The notes under the pieces: model-generated | What the model was told of the DNA's origin: nothing | The model's database searches: none | Seen by the model: the letters and a program-made list of their open reading frames with translations, nothing else | Assembly: GCF_006345805.1 (NCBI RefSeq) | Contig: NC_043006.1 | Span: 31,186,001-31,250,000 of the forward strand | Origin: Octopus sinensis | Lineage: Eukaryota | Length of the DNA stretch: 64,000 nucleotides | Direction: 5' to 3' | Program-made: the position numbers and the translations under genes | Part shown: one piece after another, positions 61,634 to 64,000 of the stretch | Layout: each line of letters begins with the position of its first letter | Position numbering within the stretch: position 1 is the stretch's first letter

Positions 61634-62175
61634 ACATACATACATACATACACCACGTGATTGCTTGGCGAAAATCTTAACCACAAAACCAAGCCACAGC
61701 CTATTTCTGGCACATATTTAAGCAGTCCTTTGTGAAGAAACTTAACTGATCTTAAATTTTTTGGGGCTTGACTGGAAACAAAAGATTGATTAATGTTCTA
61801 CACAAAATAAACTTTTGAGTTTCAAAGATTTCATCTCGAGGAATCCTTGTTTTTTTTTTTTTTTGTCACCCTCGCGGTGTCCCGGCAGCCAGTAATTTGA
61901 CACCTGGTAATTTCACTCCCGGTATTTTGACTCCGGTAATTTGATCCCCGGTCATATGACTGACAGTCAATTTCACTCCTGGTAATTTCACTCCCGATAT
62001 GGGGAAAAATAAAACGTCGAATAAAGATAAAATAAAAGTACAATAAACATTAAAAATATTTCTAAAAGCTTCAACAATAATGACGGTTATGAGCTTATTG
62101 CTCGTAAAAAAAAAATCCATCTTATTTTCGGGACTAGGTCGCTCAATGGTTATCTGCAGCCGTTAGTTTATATCT

Positions 62176-63460
62176 TTATACTTTTTTGTTTTTGGTCTCG
62201 CAGATCTCACCCCAATCAAATTCAACCTTTCTCAGTTGTGCCAACGGTTCTTCTCTTTTCAATGCAGGAATTAATTTCCATCGATTCAGATGAGTGCAAG
62301 TCAAAGAACTTTGTAGTGCGTTGTGATATCCCTCGAAATGGTTATTAGTATGAGGCATACCTGATTCTGTTCTAAAACCGACATTCCAACTATCAATGGG
62401 AAACAAAGGAGGAGTTCTTCGTTGTCTAATTCCTCTACATCGCACGCATCCTATGAACCATAATTCAAAGTAGAACACAAGTTCTTGCGGAAGATCGCCA
62501 TCATCTACAAGATCTTTGAATCCGTCAATCACATCATCGAGAGGAAGAAAAGCCAACGCTGAAAAACATTTGATTTTAATGCTAAATTCATTATCATAAT
62601 GGTATCTCCTTAAAGTCAAATTCACATACTTTTCTGTACATATTGGAAGCTCTAGGATACACAGATAAAATGCTATTAATGTGAGCTTTTTCAAAACCCA
62701 TCATAACATTTTTAGGGCTCAGCCCTTGACATAATTCATTTATCTTATTAAAAAGGCTGACGTAAGTTTTTTGATTTTTGTTTGGAAGTAATGCAAACAA
62801 TCGTGGAACACAGAATGGACCCACTTGAATATAAAGCATGTACAACTGATGAAATATAGTTGGGGAGCACTTCAAAGTTCCATCACCTGTCCAGTGTTTT
62901 ACATTCACTCAGTCATCAAGTCCTTTATCAGCTGGAAAGACGAATAATCTGTCTACATCAGTTTCACTACTATCAAACTGCCAGAAAAGTTCGCCATTAT
63001 CTAAGAACTTGTATTCATCGGGTATCTCATAACCAAATCCACTCTGAGGGATTGGAGGGGCACTTGCTTTTGCTTGACACCAGTTCCTTATATTGCGAGT
63101 TATACACGAAGTCGAGGGCAGCATGTGAGACTTTTCATTTTCATCAAGCTTTTCACAAACAGTCGCAATTAATGAACGAGAAGATTCCTGGCAAGCAGCT
63201 GCTTGTGCCTTCAAGTCCGCTAAAGTTTTGCGAACTTTGGGTTTTGAAGCACACGAATTACGATGATGTCCACCAATGTGCTTAATTATGGTATAATTTT
63301 CATGGTGTGGATTCGAGCATTACAGGAACCAATTTCGCATCTCCAGTAAGTCGTAGATCCATCTGCATTTTGTTTCTGTGCTTCATATATGTAATTCATG
63401 CTATTCACAAGTTTCTTCCTTCCGCAGATACTGTTAAAAACGGGAGGTACGGTGTATGCA
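62176..63460 (-). pseudogene. MULE transposase pseudogene
   Basis: In-frame stop at 62909-62911 and frameshifts. The second catalytic D reads G (MMGFE in place of DFE). Confidence 0.9.
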
Positions 63461-63582
63461 GAGTTCCTTTTTAAGTAACGAATGATGTGGCGAAGAGTCA
63501 CGGGTAAAGCTGTAAGCTCTTTAAATAAAACACCCGAATGGATGACTGAAATGATACTCTCCGATAACTGAATTACTCTGTA

Positions 63583-63728
63583 AATCATTATCATCATCAT
63601 CATCGTCGTCGTCGTCGTCATCATCATCATCATGGTCATCATCATTATCATCATCATCGTCATCATCGTCGTCGTCATAGTCTTCATCATCATCATCATC
63701 ATCATCATCAACAACAACAACAACAACG
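63583..63728. repeat. (CAT)n/(CGT)n/(CAA)n repeat inside the MULE 5' leader
   Basis: Direct inspection. Confidence 0.95.
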
Positions 63729-64000
63729 AATTGTTTTTTTTCTATAATTTTAGGGGTGAAATTACCAGGAGTGAAACTGATTGACAGTCAAATTACCAGG
63801 GGTCAGATTACCGGAGTCAAAATATCGGGAGTGAAATTACCTAGAATCAGTGAGACTTGATTATTTGGTAACACTTCAAGTCAGTTATTCTTCATTTCAT
63901 ACGATTATATCGAAAGTGCTTCCTCATTCCTAAACTTATACAAAACTTACCATTAGTCGTATCAGAAAAATGAATTTAGGAGTGGGTTGTTTGTCAAAGG

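Larger units (their letters stand above)
61889..63841 (-). mobile_element. Mutator-like (MULE) DNA transposon with FLYWCH domain and modular TIRs (61906-61996 / 63753-63841), defective
   Basis: TIRs built of GGTAAT(T/C)T(C/G)AC(T/C)CC-like units match in inverted orientation. Coding pieces: GRKKLV..YIY..YWRC..CNARIHT (FLYWCH), W.GDGTLK..P..F.QLY, FALLPNK..TY..LF, LAFLP..V, WNV..TNNHFEGYH. Confidence 0.93.

Noticed and set aside
2914-61680. Dozens of ORFs with YI/CV/HT/YLSI/MYVC/poly-M/poly-I content in the ORF track
   Set aside because: They are translations of di-, tri- and tetranucleotide microsatellites, with no domain-like composition or splice support.
63286-63726. Poly-Met N-terminal extension of the MULE ORF
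   Set aside because: Product of a (GAT)n expansion in the leader; the real FLYWCH start lies near 63460.

Overview
Eukaryotic, AT-rich, repeat-saturated genomic DNA. The SINE set and extreme microsatellite load look like a coleoid cephalopod, most likely Octopus; this is recognition from memory, not a database result. Nearly all ORFs in the supplied track are microsatellite artefacts, and there is no intact long CDS. Supportable content: (1) many tRNA-derived SINEs of at least four families, including a nested/tandem SINE array at 43.6-45.0 kb; (2) decayed transposon coding remnants: hAT (0.8-1.5 kb), two L1/Tx1-type LINE pieces (29.2-31.4 kb), a Penelope GIY-YIG piece (40.1-40.5 kb), R4/Dong-type retrotransposon pieces (22.3-22.6 and 55.8-57.3 kb), and a nearly complete but dead FLYWCH-MULE element with modular TIRs (61.9-63.8 kb); (3) MITEs and fold-back elements; (4) several minimal hammerhead-ribozyme motifs in short Penelope-like repeats next to (TA)n tracts; (5) CpG-rich unique islands with motif clusters (16.6-18, 34.0-34.2, 42.2-42.7 kb), the last resembling a YY1/GC-box promoter with a first exon. 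The most interesting leads are the closely spaced hammerhead pair at 8657-8913, a possibly permuted hammerhead family, the recurrent SINE-into-SINE junction at one fixed position, and the long hairpins at 39844-39912 and 58856-58973.
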